From Candidatus Thiopontia autotrophica (GTDB lineage Bacteria; Pseudomonadota; Gammaproteobacteria; GCF-002020875): a DNA stretch of 64,000 nt. A program made the translations under genes and the position numbers. A model generated the notes under the pieces. That model did no database searches, was not told the origin of the DNA, and was given only the letters and a program-made list of their open reading frames with translations. Position 1 is the first letter of the stretch, and each line of letters starts with the position of its first letter. Location: positions 17,018 to 81,017 of the forward strand of contig JACNFK010000024.1 of assembly GCA_014384675.1 (NCBI GenBank), written 5' to 3'. Below, in pieces: positions 49,396 to 61,755 of the stretch.

Positions 49396-51205
49396 GTTAA
49401 CCCCATACCTGTGGGTGCTGTTTCTGAATGCGTTTGTTGATCTTGGCCACAAGATCACAATTCAGAACAGTGTCTTCAAGGTTTATGATGGGGAGATGCA
49501 GATTGTCCTTACTGCACTGGTTAATGCACTTATTCTGATTCCGTTCATCCTGCTGGTAACTCCTGCCGGCATTATCTCTGACCGACTTCCCAAGGTGGAG
49601 GTTATGAGAAGATCTGCTGGAGTGGCCGTGATTATCGCGTTGCTCATCACCCTTAGCTACTATCAGGGATGGTTTGAGGCAGCATTTTTCATGACCCTGT
49701 TGCTTGCTATCCAGAGTGCATTTTTCTCACCAGCAAAATATGGGTACATCAGGGAGCATGTTGGCATGAGAGGATTAACCAGTGCCAATGGTGTGGTACA
49801 GGCAGTTACCATCATTGCGATTCTCCTCGGAATGTTCTTCTTCTCTTTTCTGTTCGAGTTGATGTTGACCAACTCTTCACCGGATGGCGGTTCTGCCTAC
49901 CTACAGACCATTGCACCACTTGGTTGGTTATTGGTTGCGCTCTCTCTGGTCGAGTGGCGCATTGCACGTTATCTGCCTGAGGGGGAGTATAAGGTGGTGC
50001 CAGAGATTCACGGCGGCCATACTTTAGGGTTGATTCGAGAGCACTCTGTTATCTGGTACTCCATTCTGGGGCTCTCTCTATTTTGGGGAATATCACAGGT
50101 TTCTATTGCAGCTTTTCCTGCTTTTGCAAAAGAGACACTTCAGGTGACAAATACCCTGGTGATTCAGGGAGTGTTGGCCTCTGCAGGTGGAGGTATTCTG
50201 CTGGGCTCTTTGATGGTTACATGGTTATCCAGAGGGTATATAGAGACAGGACTGATTCCTGTTGGTGCTGTAGGAGTTGCTATTGCCTTGAGTGCAGTTC
50301 CTGGTGCCGAGTCGCTTCACTCATTAACTCTTCTATTTTTTCTTATGGGAGTCTCTGGAGGGTTGTTGATTGTGCCTCTTAATGCACTGATTCAGTTTTA
50401 CGCCAAGAGCTCCCGTCTGGGGAGGATTCTGGCGGGAAACAACTGGGTGCAAAATATAGTCATGCTACTGTTTCTTGGGGTGACAATGGGTGTGGCACTG
50501 CTAAGTTTTGAGACTACAGTTAATCCTGCAACCCTTTTCTGGGGTATTGCCATGGTTGCATGGGCAGCAATTGGGGTGGCTTTTATCAGAAGACCCCGTG
50601 AGACGATCACCTCTCTGATTCGTATGTTGGTAAGGGTGCTGTTCAGATGCAGGTACAGAATTGATGCTGTAGGGGTAACCAACATTCCCTCTCAGAAAGG
50701 AGCTCTACTGCTGGGGAATCACATCAGCTGGCTGGATTGGGCTATGTTACAGGCTGTTTCGCCACGTCCGATCCGTTTTGTAATGGAGTATTCCATTTAT
50801 CAGAAGCCATCACTAAAGTGGTTTCTTGATCTTTTTGAGGTGATACCGATATCGGCAGAGAGGAGCAGGCAACCACTGGAAGAGGCTAAACGGTGCCTGC
50901 AGTCTGGTGATCTGGTCTGTCTATTCCCGGAAGGGGCAATTAGCCATGATGGTTGTCTCGGGAAGTTTAGGCGTGGTTTTGAGATGATTGTCGATGATAG
51001 TGGCGCAGTTATTGTTCCATTCTATATAGAGGGGTTGTGGGGGAGCAGATTTTCCCGTGCGGATATGGATGAGCGCTCTCTTTATGCAACTGGATGGCGG
51101 CGTAGAGAAGTTCAGGTGCTCTTTGGAGAGCCGGTTTCCAGTACCGTAAAAGCGGATGAATTAAGGCTGTTGGTGGCTGCTCTCTCATCCCGGGATTGCG
51201 ACTAA
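49388..51205 (+). CDS. MFS (LplT-like) transporter fused to a PlsC-type acyltransferase
   Basis: Multi-TM N-terminus (QSAFFSPAKYG); NHISWLD and FPEG acyltransferase motifs. Confidence 0.88.
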   Translation: MGKLTPYLWVLFLNAFVDLGHKITIQNSVFKVYDGEMQIVLTALVNALILIPFILLVTPAGIISDRLPKVEVMRRSAGVAVIIALLITLSYYQGWFEAAFFMTLLLAIQSAFFSPAKYGYIREHVGMRGLTSANGVVQAVTIIAILLGMFFFSFLFELMLTNSSPDGGSAYLQTIAPLGWLLVALSLVEWRIARYLPEGEYKVVPEIHGGHTLGLIREHSVIWYSILGLSLFWGISQVSIAAFPAFAKETLQVTNTLVIQGVLASAGGGILLGSLMVTWLSRGYIETGLIPVGAVGVAIALSAVPGAESLHSLTLLFFLMGVSGGLLIVPLNALIQFYAKSSRLGRILAGNNWVQNIVMLLFLGVTMGVALLSFETTVNPATLFWGIAMVAWAAIGVAFIRRPRETITSLIRMLVRVLFRCRYRIDAVGVTNIPSQKGALLLGNHISWLDWAMLQAVSPRPIRFVMEYSIYQKPSLKWFLDLFEVIPISAERSRQPLEEAKRCLQSGDLVCLFPEGAISHDGCLGKFRRGFEMIVDDSGAVIVPFYIEGLWGSRFSRADMDERSLYATGWRRREVQVLFGEPVSSTVKADELRLLVAALSSRDCD

Positions 51206-51281
51206 AAAGATTGTTGCAGACAGCCCTATTGGTGCTATCCTATGGCCTCTTTTAACGGCTAACCATGATAAGGGAGAAGGT

Positions 51282-51557
51282 ATGAATAAAGGGGAATTGG
51301 TTACACTGCTATCAGCTAAAACCGGAGTTTCCAAAAGTGGTTCCAAGGATGTTCTGGATGCATTGGTAGAGATTATTGGTGACAGTCTACAAAGTGGAAA
51401 CAATGTACAGATTGCAGGGTTTGGTACGTTTAAGGTAACTGACCGAGCTGCCAGAATGGGCAGAAATCCAAAGACTGGAGAGGCGCTACAGATAAAGGCA
51501 TCTCGCTCTCCATCCTTTAAGGCAGGAAAGGGTCTTAAGGAGAAGGTAAACGGATAG
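51282..51557 (+). CDS. hup: DNA-binding protein HU
   Basis: MNKGEL, GFGTF, GRNPKTG and FKAGKGLK. Confidence 0.95.
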   Translation: MNKGELVTLLSAKTGVSKSGSKDVLDALVEIIGDSLQSGNNVQIAGFGTFKVTDRAARMGRNPKTGEALQIKASRSPSFKAGKGLKEKVNG

Positions 51558-51589
51558 CAACCCAGTAGAAACTGATAGTTGTACACACT

Positions 51590-51621
51590 AAAAGCGGCAC
51601 CATTATGGTGCCGCTTTTTTT
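51590..51621. terminator. Bidirectional terminator overlapping the proS stop
   Basis: AAAAGCGGCACCA-tta-TGGTGCCGCTTTTT. Confidence 0.85.
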
Positions 51622-53315
51622 ATGATCCAGGAGACTACATCATCCAGAGGGATCTCCTGGCTATCCTGATCACTACGTCCCTTGTACTCAATAACCCCCT
51701 TATCCAGACTACGATCACCCAGTACCAGACGGTGAGGGATACCGATAAGTTCCATATCGGCAAACATTATTCCAGCCCGCTCCTTGCGATCATCAAGCAA
51801 TACATCGATTCCTGCGTCGAGTAGATCCTGATATATCTTTTCAACAGCCTCGCGCAGACGATGTGATTTGTGCATGTTCATCGGCAACAGGGCAACAGAG
51901 AATGGAGCTATTGCCTCTGGCCAGATAATTCCACGATCATCGTGGTTCTGCTCAATTGCTGCAGCAACCACACGGGTTACCCCGATACCATAACATCCCA
52001 TGGTCATGGTACGAGCCTTGCCACCTTCGTCCAGCACATTGGCTTTCATCGCCTCACTGTATTTGGTTCCAAGCTGGAAGATGTGCCCAACCTCGATCCC
52101 GCGCGCAATACGAATGGTCCCAGAGCCATCAGGGCTAGGGTCTCCATCAGTTACATTTCTAAGATCTGCGATGTTGGATGGATCCGGAAGATCACGTCCC
52201 CAGTTGACTCCGGTGAGGTGGTAGCCATCCTCATTTGCACCACAGACAAAATCAGCAACCTGGGCGGCCGATCTATCTACAATCAGCTTGAGCTCCAGAC
52301 CAACAGGTCCCAGAGATCCGGCGTCAGCCCCTGCAGCCGAGCGGATATCTTCATGCTCAATAAGTTGTAGTGGTGACTCCACGCCATCAAGTTTTTCTGC
52401 TTTTAACTCATTTAGCTCATGATCTCCTCGCAGTAGCAGTGCAACGACAGACTCATTTGTGCCACGAACCAAAAGAGTTTTAACTGTCTGTTGGGGATCA
52501 ACTTCAAGAGTATTGCAAACCTCCTCGATGGTCTTGCTGTTTGGAGTTGCCACTTTTTCCATTATGGCGGTTGCTTCACTGCGTTCGGTAGTCGGGGCAA
52601 CTGCCTCTGCCAGTTCAACATTGGCAGCAAACTCACTCTGATCCGAGAAGGCGATGGCATCCTCACCTGAGTCAGCCAGTACATGGAACTCATGTGAGGT
52701 GCTGCCGCCAATTGATCCGGTGTCGGCATCAACAGGACGGAAGTGAAGACCCATGCGCTCAAATATTCTTGAGTAGGTGGCATACATTACCTGGTAGGTC
52801 TCCTGCAGTGAGTCCTGATCCATATGAAAGGAGTAGGCATCTTTCATGATGAATTCACGTGAACGCATTATCCCGAAGCGAGGGCGGATCTCATCACGGA
52901 ACTTGGTCTGAATCTGGTAGAGATTAAGTGGCAGCTGCTTGTAGCTGCGGATCTCCCTGCGGGCAATCTCGGTAATTACCTCCTCATGGGTTGGTCCAAG
53001 CAGAAAATCTCTCTGGTGACGATCCTGAATCCGTAACAGTTCAGGGCCATACTGTTCCCAGCGTCCAGACTCCTCCCACAGTTCTGCTGGTTGTACTACT
53101 GGCATCAAGAGCTCTTGTGCACCGGACCTGTTCATCTCTTCACGAATAATGTTTTCGACCTTTCTGAGAGTTCTGAGTCCTGTTGGTAGCCAGGAGTATA
53201 ATCCAGAGGCTAGCTTGCGAACCATGCCGGAACGAATCATTAGCTGGTGGCTGATAATCTCTGCTTCAGCTGGGGTCTCCTTGATGGTGGAGAGGAGAAA
53301 TTGAGATGTGCGCAT
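51603..53315 (-). CDS. proS: Proline--tRNA ligase
   Basis: [30 protein letters not shown] and MGCYGIG. Confidence 0.98.
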   Translation of the reverse strand: MRTSQFLLSTIKETPAEAEIISHQLMIRSGMVRKLASGLYSWLPTGLRTLRKVENIIREEMNRSGAQELLMPVVQPAELWEESGRWEQYGPELLRIQDRHQRDFLLGPTHEEVITEIARREIRSYKQLPLNLYQIQTKFRDEIRPRFGIMRSREFIMKDAYSFHMDQDSLQETYQVMYATYSRIFERMGLHFRPVDADTGSIGGSTSHEFHVLADSGEDAIAFSDQSEFAANVELAEAVAPTTERSEATAIMEKVATPNSKTIEEVCNTLEVDPQQTVKTLLVRGTNESVVALLLRGDHELNELKAEKLDGVESPLQLIEHEDIRSAAGADAGSLGPVGLELKLIVDRSAAQVADFVCGANEDGYHLTGVNWGRDLPDPSNIADLRNVTDGDPSPDGSGTIRIARGIEVGHIFQLGTKYSEAMKANVLDEGGKARTMTMGCYGIGVTRVVAAAIEQNHDDRGIIWPEAIAPFSVALLPMNMHKSHRLREAVEKIYQDLLDAGIDVLLDDRKERAGIMFADMELIGIPHRLVLGDRSLDKGVIEYKGRSDQDSQEIPLDDVVSWIIKKAAP

Positions 53316-53326
53316 GGGTAAATTCC

Positions 53327-53671
53327 TTAAAAAGTTCCACCATTCCAGCCCCACATATGTCTTGCGGGCGCAGAAAATTCAATATATATACGGTTACTGT
53401 GAATACCTGTTCTGGCACCAAGCAGTTTTGTTATAGCATCTGAAAAAAACTGGGTAGATGATTCTGGCAACCCAAGGCTCTTGAATTCAAGATAGGCGCA
53501 TGGGTCTGTAGTTCCACCAAACATCAGATTGGCATCGGTACGGATAGATATCATTACATATCCCTCTGGTTTTTGGAGCAGGTCGGCAAGCAGTTTTGAG
53601 CTGTCCGCCATCAGTCGCTCTTTTTCATCATGGTCGAGCGACACATTGGTCTCGATATTAAGGTATGGCAT
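53327..53671 (-). CDS. MIF-like tautomerase
   Basis: N-terminal Pro (MPYL), KPEGYVM, RIYIEF and WGWNG.TF. Confidence 0.88.
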   Translation of the reverse strand: MPYLNIETNVSLDHDEKERLMADSSKLLADLLQKPEGYVMISIRTDANLMFGGTTDPCAYLEFKSLGLPESSTQFFSDAITKLLGARTGIHSNRIYIEFSAPARHMWGWNGGTF

Positions 53672-53872
53672 TTAAATAACCTGATGTTATGTATGGCAAA
53701 TATATTTTTAAATTGATAAAAAAACGTCTTTTTGATCTTGTTTCAGTTTATTGAAACAGGCAATATAAGCAGTTCGTGAATTTGAATTATAACTTATGAG
53801 CGAGACTGCAGATCAAAGCAGTGTAGATCATACGTAAAGCAGATAGATTATTGTAGATTGAGAGGCAAAAAA

Positions 53873-55561
53873 GTGGAGTTATCGGGCGCAGAGGTCATTA
53901 CACATTTTCTCAGGGATGAGGGCGTAGAGTATATCTTTGGCTACCCTGGTGGTGCTGTACTTCATATCTACGATGCAATCTATCGACAGGATGATGTAAA
54001 GCATGTTTTGACCCGTCATGAGCAGGGTGCGGTACATGCAGCAGATGGTTATGCTCGATCCAGCGGCAAGCCTGGAGTGGTGCTGGTTACCTCCGGCCCA
54101 GGCGCAACCAATGCAGTTACTGGTATTGCCACAGCATATATGGACTCCATTCCGCTGGTAGTTATTACCGGACAGGTTCCAACCCCACTGATTGGAAATG
54201 ATGCCTTTCAGGAGGTGGATACAGTTGGCATTACTCGCTCCTGTGTTAAACATAATTTCCTGGTTACCAATGTTGATGATCTGGCCATTACACTGAAGAA
54301 GGCGTTTACCATTGCAACTACCGGGCGCCCCGGTCCTGTAGTTATTGATGTACCCAAGGATGTATCTGGTTTCAAGACAGAGTACAGCTATCCTGAAAGT
54401 GTAGAGATTCGCTCATACCAGACATCCATTGATCTACCAGATGAAAAGATCAAACAGGCTGTAGAGATGATGGTTGAGGCTGAGAAGCCTGTGCTCTATA
54501 CCGGTGGAGGAGTGATTCTTGGTAATGCATCAGATGAGCTTAAAGAGGTTGCGCAGCGTCTGCGGGCTCCAGTGACTAATACCACAATGGGGCTTGGTGG
54601 TTACCCGGCAACCGACCCACAATTTATCGGTATGTTGGGGATGCATGGAAACTATGAAGCCAATATGGCTATGCACAATACCGATCTTTTGATTGCTGTT
54701 GGTGCCCGTTTTGATGATCGCGTAACCGGCAATATAGAGAAGTTCTGCCCTCAGGCAAAAATTATCCATATCGATGTTGACCCGTCATCTATCTCCAAAA
54801 ATGTACAGGTTGATATGCCTATTGTAGGAGATGTAAAGAAGGTGCTCAGTGAGATAGTGACAATTCTGCAGCAGCAGCCTGAGAAGAAACTGGCTTCATG
54901 GTGGGGTGAGATCAATGAGTGGCGCAAGGAGGATTGTCTTGCCTTTGACAACTCTGGTGGAGTAATCCATCCACAGTTTGTGTTGCAAACCCTCTATGAG
55001 GTGACTCATGGGGATGCCTACGTGGTATCGGATGTTGGTCAGCACCAGATGTTTGCTGCACAGTACTACAAGTTTGACAAACCGCGTCACTGGATCAACT
55101 CTGGTGGCCTTGGAACAATGGGTTTCGGTCTTCCGGCAGCCATGGGAGCCCAGTTTGCCCACCCTGATGCTACTGTATGCACGGTAACTGGTGATGGCAG
55201 TATCCAGATGAATATTCAGGAGCTGGCAACCTGTCAGGAATTCTCGTTGCCACTAAAGATTATCAATCTCAATAACGGTTATCTGGGTATGGTGCGTCAG
55301 TGGCAGGAGTTTTTCTATGAGAGGCGCTACTCCGAGGTCACGCTGGAACGTAACCATCAGCCTGACTTTGTAAAGCTGGCAGAGAGTTATGGTCATGTTG
55401 GAATGCAGATCAGGAATCCTGATGATGTGCGTGGTGCACTCGAAGAGGCTTTGGCAATGAGGGACCGTCTGGTCTTTATGGATTTCATAACCAACCCTGA
55501 AGAGAATGTATATCCGATGGTGCCGGCTGGGGCAGGTCTTAACGAGATGATCCTGATATAG
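53873..55561 (+). CDS. ilvI: Acetolactate synthase III large subunit
   Basis: FGYPGGAVL, RHEQGA, TSGPGATN and GDGSIQMN. Confidence 0.95.
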   Translation: MELSGAEVITHFLRDEGVEYIFGYPGGAVLHIYDAIYRQDDVKHVLTRHEQGAVHAADGYARSSGKPGVVLVTSGPGATNAVTGIATAYMDSIPLVVITGQVPTPLIGNDAFQEVDTVGITRSCVKHNFLVTNVDDLAITLKKAFTIATTGRPGPVVIDVPKDVSGFKTEYSYPESVEIRSYQTSIDLPDEKIKQAVEMMVEAEKPVLYTGGGVILGNASDELKEVAQRLRAPVTNTTMGLGGYPATDPQFIGMLGMHGNYEANMAMHNTDLLIAVGARFDDRVTGNIEKFCPQAKIIHIDVDPSSISKNVQVDMPIVGDVKKVLSEIVTILQQQPEKKLASWWGEINEWRKEDCLAFDNSGGVIHPQFVLQTLYEVTHGDAYVVSDVGQHQMFAAQYYKFDKPRHWINSGGLGTMGFGLPAAMGAQFAHPDATVCTVTGDGSIQMNIQELATCQEFSLPLKIINLNNGYLGMVRQWQEFFYERRYSEVTLERNHQPDFVKLAESYGHVGMQIRNPDDVRGALEEALAMRDRLVFMDFITNPEENVYPMVPAGAGLNEMILI

Positions 55562-55574
55562 AGAACGTATTACG

Positions 55575-56069
55575 ATGAGAAGACACATTATTTCACTGCT
55601 GATGGAGAATGAGGCCGGCGCACTGTCACGGGTTGCAGGACTCTTCTCTGCTCGTGGTTACAACATCGAGACCCTGACAGTTGCTCCCACCAATGATCCA
55701 ACCCTCTCCAGAATGACTATTGTTACATCTGGAACCGAAGCGGTTATTGAGCAGATCAACAAGCAACTGAACAAACTTATTGATGTGGTTACCCTTGTCG
55801 ACCTGACGGAGGGAGTACACATTGAGAGGGAGTTGGTCATGGTCAAGGTGATGGCGTCTGAGGCTGATTGTAATACTGTTCGTCAGGTGGTTGCAGAGCA
55901 TCATGCCGATGTTGTTGACGAGACTGACCATGCATGTGTTATCGAGTTGCTTGGAAATAGCGAGAAGATCAATGCATTTATATCTGCGCTGGAGCCATTC
56001 TCGATACTGGAGGTTGTTCGTTCCGGGGTCTCCGGAATTGCCCGTGGTGAGGATGCCCTCAGAATCTGA
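55575..56069 (+). CDS. ilvH: Acetolactate synthase small subunit
   Basis: ENEAGALSRVAGLFSARGYNI. Confidence 0.95.
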   Translation: MRRHIISLLMENEAGALSRVAGLFSARGYNIETLTVAPTNDPTLSRMTIVTSGTEAVIEQINKQLNKLIDVVTLVDLTEGVHIERELVMVKVMASEADCNTVRQVVAEHHADVVDETDHACVIELLGNSEKINAFISALEPFSILEVVRSGVSGIARGEDALRI

Positions 56070-56148
56070 TTGATTGTCCGCAGTCGCTTTTTAGTGGATA
56101 ATTCGCCGCTCTGTTTTGTAACACCATTATATTTAAAAATTTTTGTAA

Positions 56149-57239
<1,091 letters not shown>

Positions 57240-57251
57240 GATTCATATAAG

Positions 57252-57292
57252 AAACGCCTGTACTGAATAAAAATCGGTACAGGCGTTTTTTT
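57252..57292 (+). terminator. Intrinsic terminator after ilvC
   Basis: AAACGCCTGTAC...GTACAGGCGTTTTTTT. Confidence 0.8.
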
Positions 57293-57331
57293 ATTTGTGA
57301 CAGTGTGCCTCTATCAGCGATAATAGGAGGA

Positions 57332-58147
57332 ATGAATACAACTGTAGAAAAACAGCGCAGAAGAGGGATCTATCTACTCCCAAATCTGTTTACCACCGCA
57401 GCCCTGTTTGCTGGTTTTTTTGCCATTATCTCGGCAATAAAAGGGAGCTATGAGGCGGCCGCTATCGCCATTTTTATTGCCATGGTTCTGGATGGACTGG
57501 ATGGACGTGTTGCTCGCATGACCAACACCCAGACTGAATTTGGCGCCGAGTATGACAGCCTCTCTGATATGGTTTCGTTTGGAGTGGCACCCGCGCTGGT
57601 GGTATATCTTTGGGGGTTGTCAGCCATGGGTAAATTGGGGTGGCTGGCTGCATTTATATATACTGCAGGCGCAGCACTTCGTCTGGCCCGTTTTAATACT
57701 CAGGTAAGCAGTGCAGACAAAAGGTATTTTCAGGGGTTGCCAAGTCCTGCATCAGCGGCGGTGGTGGCAGGCATGGTCTGGGTTGCAGTTGATTACGGTT
57801 TTTACGGTGAGGGTGTTCCGCTAGAGCTGAGTTATATCGCGGCTCTGATTACGGCCTTGTCCGGATTGTTGATGGTCAGCAATATACGCTATCACAGTTT
57901 CAAGGAGCTTAATCTCAAAGATCGTATCCCTTTTGTTGCCATGATTCTGATGGTGGCGTTGATAGTATTGATATCGGCAGATCCACCACAGGTTCTGTTT
58001 GGAGGGTTCTTGATTTATGCGATTTGGGGGCCAGTCTCCAACTTGCTGGAGCTTAGAAAGAAGCGTGCGGAGCGTGCAGCTTCGGGTTCCGTGGTAGAAC
58101 AATCCACAGATAAATTTTCAACTGACAAGGCAGATAGTGATGAGTAA
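57332..58147 (+). CDS. pssA: CDP-diacylglycerol--serine O-phosphatidyltransferase
   Basis: [20 protein letters not shown] and RLARFN. Confidence 0.95.
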   Translation: MNTTVEKQRRRGIYLLPNLFTTAALFAGFFAIISAIKGSYEAAAIAIFIAMVLDGLDGRVARMTNTQTEFGAEYDSLSDMVSFGVAPALVVYLWGLSAMGKLGWLAAFIYTAGAALRLARFNTQVSSADKRYFQGLPSPASAAVVAGMVWVAVDYGFYGEGVPLELSYIAALITALSGLLMVSNIRYHSFKELNLKDRIPFVAMILMVALIVLISADPPQVLFGGFLIYAIWGPVSNLLELRKKRAERAASGSVVEQSTDKFSTDKADSDE

Positions 58148-59678
58148 GGATCAGTTAATAATATTTGATACCACTCTGCGTGATGGTGAGCAGAGTCCTG
58201 GTGCATCCATGAATATGGATGAGAAGTTAAGAATTGCACGTGCCCTGGAGAAGATGAGAGTTGATGTTATTGAGGCAGGTTTTCCGATCGCAAGCCCGGG
58301 AGACTTCGAGTCGGTTAGAGCAGTTGCTGGAGCGATCAGTGAGAGTACGGTCTGTGGTCTGGCGCGTGCTCTGAAGAAGGATATCGAGACAGCCGGTCGA
58401 GCTCTGGAACCTGCGGCCAAGGGAAGAATCCATACCTTTATTGCAACCTCACCAATTCATATGGAGAAAAAACTTAGAATGTCTCCAGATCAGGTGGTGG
58501 AGCAGGCGGTGCAAGCCGTCAAGTGGGCACGAGAATATACCGATGATGTTGAGTTCTCTCCTGAGGATGCAGGGCGTTCAGAGCCTGATTTTCTCTGCAG
58601 AATTCTGGAGGCAGTTATCGATGCAGGGGCAACCACTCTTAATATTCCAGATACGGTTGGTTATAATCTGCCGCACCAGTTTGGTGGGTTGATCAGCGAC
58701 CTTATTGAACGTGTTCCAAATTCGGACAAGGCTATTTTCTCGGTTCACTGCCATAATGATCTTGGGCTGGCGGTTGGCAACTCACTCTCGGCTGTTCTTA
58801 ATGGGGCTCGTCAGGTTGAGTGTACGATCAATGGTCTTGGTGAGCGCGCAGGTAATGCATCACTGGAAGAGGTGGTTATGGCCGTGCGAACCAGGCAGGA
58901 TCTGTTTAGCTGTGATACTCGTCTTGATACCACACAAATTGTTCCATGTTCTAAAATGGTTTCCGGTATCACCGGATTCCCGGTGCAGCCCAACAAGGCA
59001 GTGGTGGGGGCCAACGCATTTGCTCATGAGTCTGGAATTCACCAGGACGGTGTACTAAAACAGCGTGAAACTTACGAGATCATGCGTGCTGAGGATGTCG
59101 GTTGGTCGGCAAACCGTATGGTACTGGGTAAACACTCCGGACGTAATGCATTCAAGACCAGGCTGAGTGATCTTGGAGTTGAGTTTGGTTCTCAGGAAGA
59201 GCTGAACGAGGCCTTCGCCCGCTTCAAGGATCTGGCCGACAAGAAGCATGAGATTTATGATGAAGATCTACAGGCGCTGGCGACAGACTCAGTGCAGTGG
59301 TGTGCTGACGAGTGTTACCGATTGATCTCGCTTCATGTCTGCTCCGAGACAGGTGAAATCCCCAATGCTGAGGTTACTGTACTTGTTGATGGAGAGGAGA
59401 AGACGGCCAAGGCAACGGGTGCGGGTCCGGTTGATGCCGTGTTTGGTGCTATTGAGTCTCTGGTGGAGAGTCATGCAAAGCTTGACCTCTACTCGGTCAA
59501 CAGCATAACCGAGGGTACCGATGCTCAGGGTGAGGTTACTGTACGGCTCGAAAAGAATGGCGGTTTCATCAATGGCCAGGGGGCAGATACCGACATTGTA
59601 ATCGCTTCTGCCAAAGCCTATATCCACGCACTGAACCGTGTTGCAGAACCAAAAGGACGTGAACATCCTCAATTATGA
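58140..59678 (+). CDS. leuA: 2-isopropylmalate synthase
   Basis: [17 protein letters not shown] and HESGIHQDG. Confidence 0.97.
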   Translation: MSKDQLIIFDTTLRDGEQSPGASMNMDEKLRIARALEKMRVDVIEAGFPIASPGDFESVRAVAGAISESTVCGLARALKKDIETAGRALEPAAKGRIHTFIATSPIHMEKKLRMSPDQVVEQAVQAVKWAREYTDDVEFSPEDAGRSEPDFLCRILEAVIDAGATTLNIPDTVGYNLPHQFGGLISDLIERVPNSDKAIFSVHCHNDLGLAVGNSLSAVLNGARQVECTINGLGERAGNASLEEVVMAVRTRQDLFSCDTRLDTTQIVPCSKMVSGITGFPVQPNKAVVGANAFAHESGIHQDGVLKQRETYEIMRAEDVGWSANRMVLGKHSGRNAFKTRLSDLGVEFGSQEELNEAFARFKDLADKKHEIYDEDLQALATDSVQWCADECYRLISLHVCSETGEIPNAEVTVLVDGEEKTAKATGAGPVDAVFGAIESLVESHAKLDLYSVNSITEGTDAQGEVTVRLEKNGGFINGQGADTDIVIASAKAYIHALNRVAEPKGREHPQL

Positions 59679-59730
59679 TTTTTGCTGCGTTTGAATTGTT
59701 GCTGATTTTTGCGCTGGTTGGCTGGGTGGT

Positions 59731-60210
59731 ATGGATGATAAGAAAGTAAATATGCAGTCACCATATTTGAATATAATGGGTATTCAGCAGTGGGTACGCA
59801 GAGATAGTACTGAAAACAGTACCACCAATAGCGACGACAATGAATTTTCCAGATATGTTGAAGAGAGCAAAGTAGCAACATCACCGCTACTTGTCATAAC
59901 CACCTCGCTTGACGGAGAGGAGAGAATCCTTCTCGACAACATGCTGCAGGCTATAGAAATTAGTGGTGCAGAGGTTCAGCAGATAACTATCCTCAAACCG
60001 GAGCTGCTCTCTCAACAGGAGTTCCAGCAATATCTTGTGGGGCGTATCAGAGAATCATCGGCGCAAGCGGTAATCCAGTTGGGTGGTGACGTCATCAACC
60101 ATACCCTGGTTGAGTACACCTTTCACCCATCCCACCTGATGCAGCATAAAAGTGACAAGCGGCACGCATGGGAGGCCTTGAAGCGAGTAAAGAAGAGGAT
60201 TGATGGCTGA
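59731..60210 (+). CDS. Hypothetical protein, HolD/uracil-DNA-glycosylase-like
   Basis: YLNIMGIQQW N-terminus, LLDNML.AI and TFHPSHL...KRHAWEAL; immediately upstream of rimI. Confidence 0.55.
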   Translation: MDDKKVNMQSPYLNIMGIQQWVRRDSTENSTTNSDDNEFSRYVEESKVATSPLLVITTSLDGEERILLDNMLQAIEISGAEVQQITILKPELLSQQEFQQYLVGRIRESSAQAVIQLGGDVINHTLVEYTFHPSHLMQHKSDKRHAWEALKRVKKRIDG

Positions 60211-60661
60211 CCTCAATATTCGTCAGATGGGGGAGGCAGATCTTGAGGGTGTGTTGGAGATCGAACAACAGGTCTACCCATTTCCATGGTCCAGACAGAT
60301 ATTCATCGACTCAATCGAGGCTGGATCACTTCTGGTAGTGATGGAACAGCGCAACAAGATTGTTGGATATGGTGTGCTTTCCAGTGGTGGTGGAGAGTCT
60401 CAGCTGCTCAATATCGCCATTGATCCGGAGTCACAGAAAAAAGGGATGGGAGAGATTCTGTTGAGCTGGCTGATAGAGCGGGCGCGAAGCAAAGGTTCTG
60501 AGATGCTTTTTCTGGAGGTGAGACTATCCAATATCTCTGCTCAGAACCTATATCTCAAGCTTGGATTTAACGAGATTGGTGTACGTGATAACTACTATCG
60601 CGTGGCTGGCGGAAAGCGCGAGGATGCGTTGATATATGCGCTACAGTTTTTACCAAAATAA
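60203..60661 (+). CDS. rimI: Ribosomal protein S18 alanine N-acetyltransferase
   Basis: LNIAI, FLEVR.SN, LY.KLGF and R.NYY. Confidence 0.93.
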   Translation: MADLNIRQMGEADLEGVLEIEQQVYPFPWSRQIFIDSIEAGSLLVVMEQRNKIVGYGVLSSGGGESQLLNIAIDPESQKKGMGEILLSWLIERARSKGSEMLFLEVRLSNISAQNLYLKLGFNEIGVRDNYYRVAGGKREDALIYALQFLPK

Positions 60662-60757
60662 TCACAGCCTCACCCATGCAACACGCTCAAGCACATCCCT
60701 GTGTCGCTCGCCTGTGGTCGTCCAGGCCACAGACGGTTACCCGTGTGAGGCTGCGAT
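60661..60757. repeat. REP-like palindromic intergenic element
   Basis: Outer stem ATCACAGCCTCAC/GTGAGGCTGCGAT with inner hairpins (CACA..TGTG, CTGTGG..CCACAG); lies between convergent rimI and suhB. Confidence 0.6.
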
Positions 60758-60777
60758 CACTTTCGCAAGGATTTATA

Positions 60778-61575
60778 CTATCGTTTCAGATTGTTAGGTA
60801 GTAGCGGGGCAATCGTCTTTTGGATGGCACCATGCACCTCCAGCCCACCAGCAATAACATTTCCTGTCTTCAGAAAATCGGCGCCACCGGAAAAATCACT
60901 ACACACACCACCAGCCTCGGAGACCAGTAGCGCACCGGCAGCTATATCCCATGGGTTGAGCCCAATCTCCCAAAAGCCATCCAGCCTGCCAGCGGCCACA
61001 TAGGCTAGATCAATCGCGGCCGATCCGGCACGACGTATTCCTGCACTGTCAGGAAATAGTGCCTTGAAAGTCTCCATATATACCTCAAGATGCTGCTGGT
61101 CCTTGAATGGAAACCCTGTGCCCAGCAGAGACCCGCTAATCCCTTTTCGGTTGGTGGTGCGAATACGACGATTGTTGAGCATGGCGCCATCGCCCTTGGA
61201 GGCAGTAAAAAGCTCATCCCTCAACGGATCATAGACAACGGCGTGAAGGAGGTTGTCACCAAATGCCAGGGCGATAGAGACTGAGAAAACCGGAAATCCA
61301 TGCAGGTAATTCGTGGTGCCATCCAGAGGATCAATAATCCATTTGTACTCATTGCCCTCAAAGGAGCCATTCTCTTCGGCCAGAATAGAGTGGTCTGGAT
61401 AGGCTTGGTGAAGGATTTTTATTATTTCAGCCTCTGCCTTGCGATCAACCTCGGAGACAAAGTCATTCTTTCCCTTGGATTCAATGTTAAGTGCATCCAG
61501 TCTGTCAATGGAGCGCAGAATTACAGAGCCTGCACGACGCGCTGCCTTGACGGCTGTATTGAGCATTGGGTTCAT
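60778..61575 (-). CDS. suhB: Inositol monophosphatase SuhB
   Basis: WIIDPLDGTTNY, RRAGSAA and WDIAAG. Confidence 0.96.
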   Translation of the reverse strand: MNPMLNTAVKAARRAGSVILRSIDRLDALNIESKGKNDFVSEVDRKAEAEIIKILHQAYPDHSILAEENGSFEGNEYKWIIDPLDGTTNYLHGFPVFSVSIALAFGDNLLHAVVYDPLRDELFTASKGDGAMLNNRRIRTTNRKGISGSLLGTGFPFKDQQHLEVYMETFKALFPDSAGIRRAGSAAIDLAYVAAGRLDGFWEIGLNPWDIAAGALLVSEAGGVCSDFSGGADFLKTGNVIAGGLEVHGAIQKTIAPLLPNNLKR

Positions 61576-61657
61576 AACAAGATCCTGAGAAGTGATATAG
61601 GGAGAAGGATTTTACTCTACTGGTATACTATCGGCCACTCAAAACAGTAAAGTATGG

Positions 61658-61731
61658 TTAGGGAACCACCATAAGATAACTTGTGGGGGAGATCTGATAG
61701 AGTTACGAAGTGACTTAATCAGAGCGTTCTT
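61658..61731 (+). repeat. IS5-like MITE, internally deleted copy
   Basis: TTAG-GGAACC..CCATAAGATAACTTGTGGGGGAGATCTGAT..GTTACGAAGTGACTTAATCAGAG. Confidence 0.72.
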
Positions 61732-61755
61732 GGCATTGATAATGGATATTCTGAT

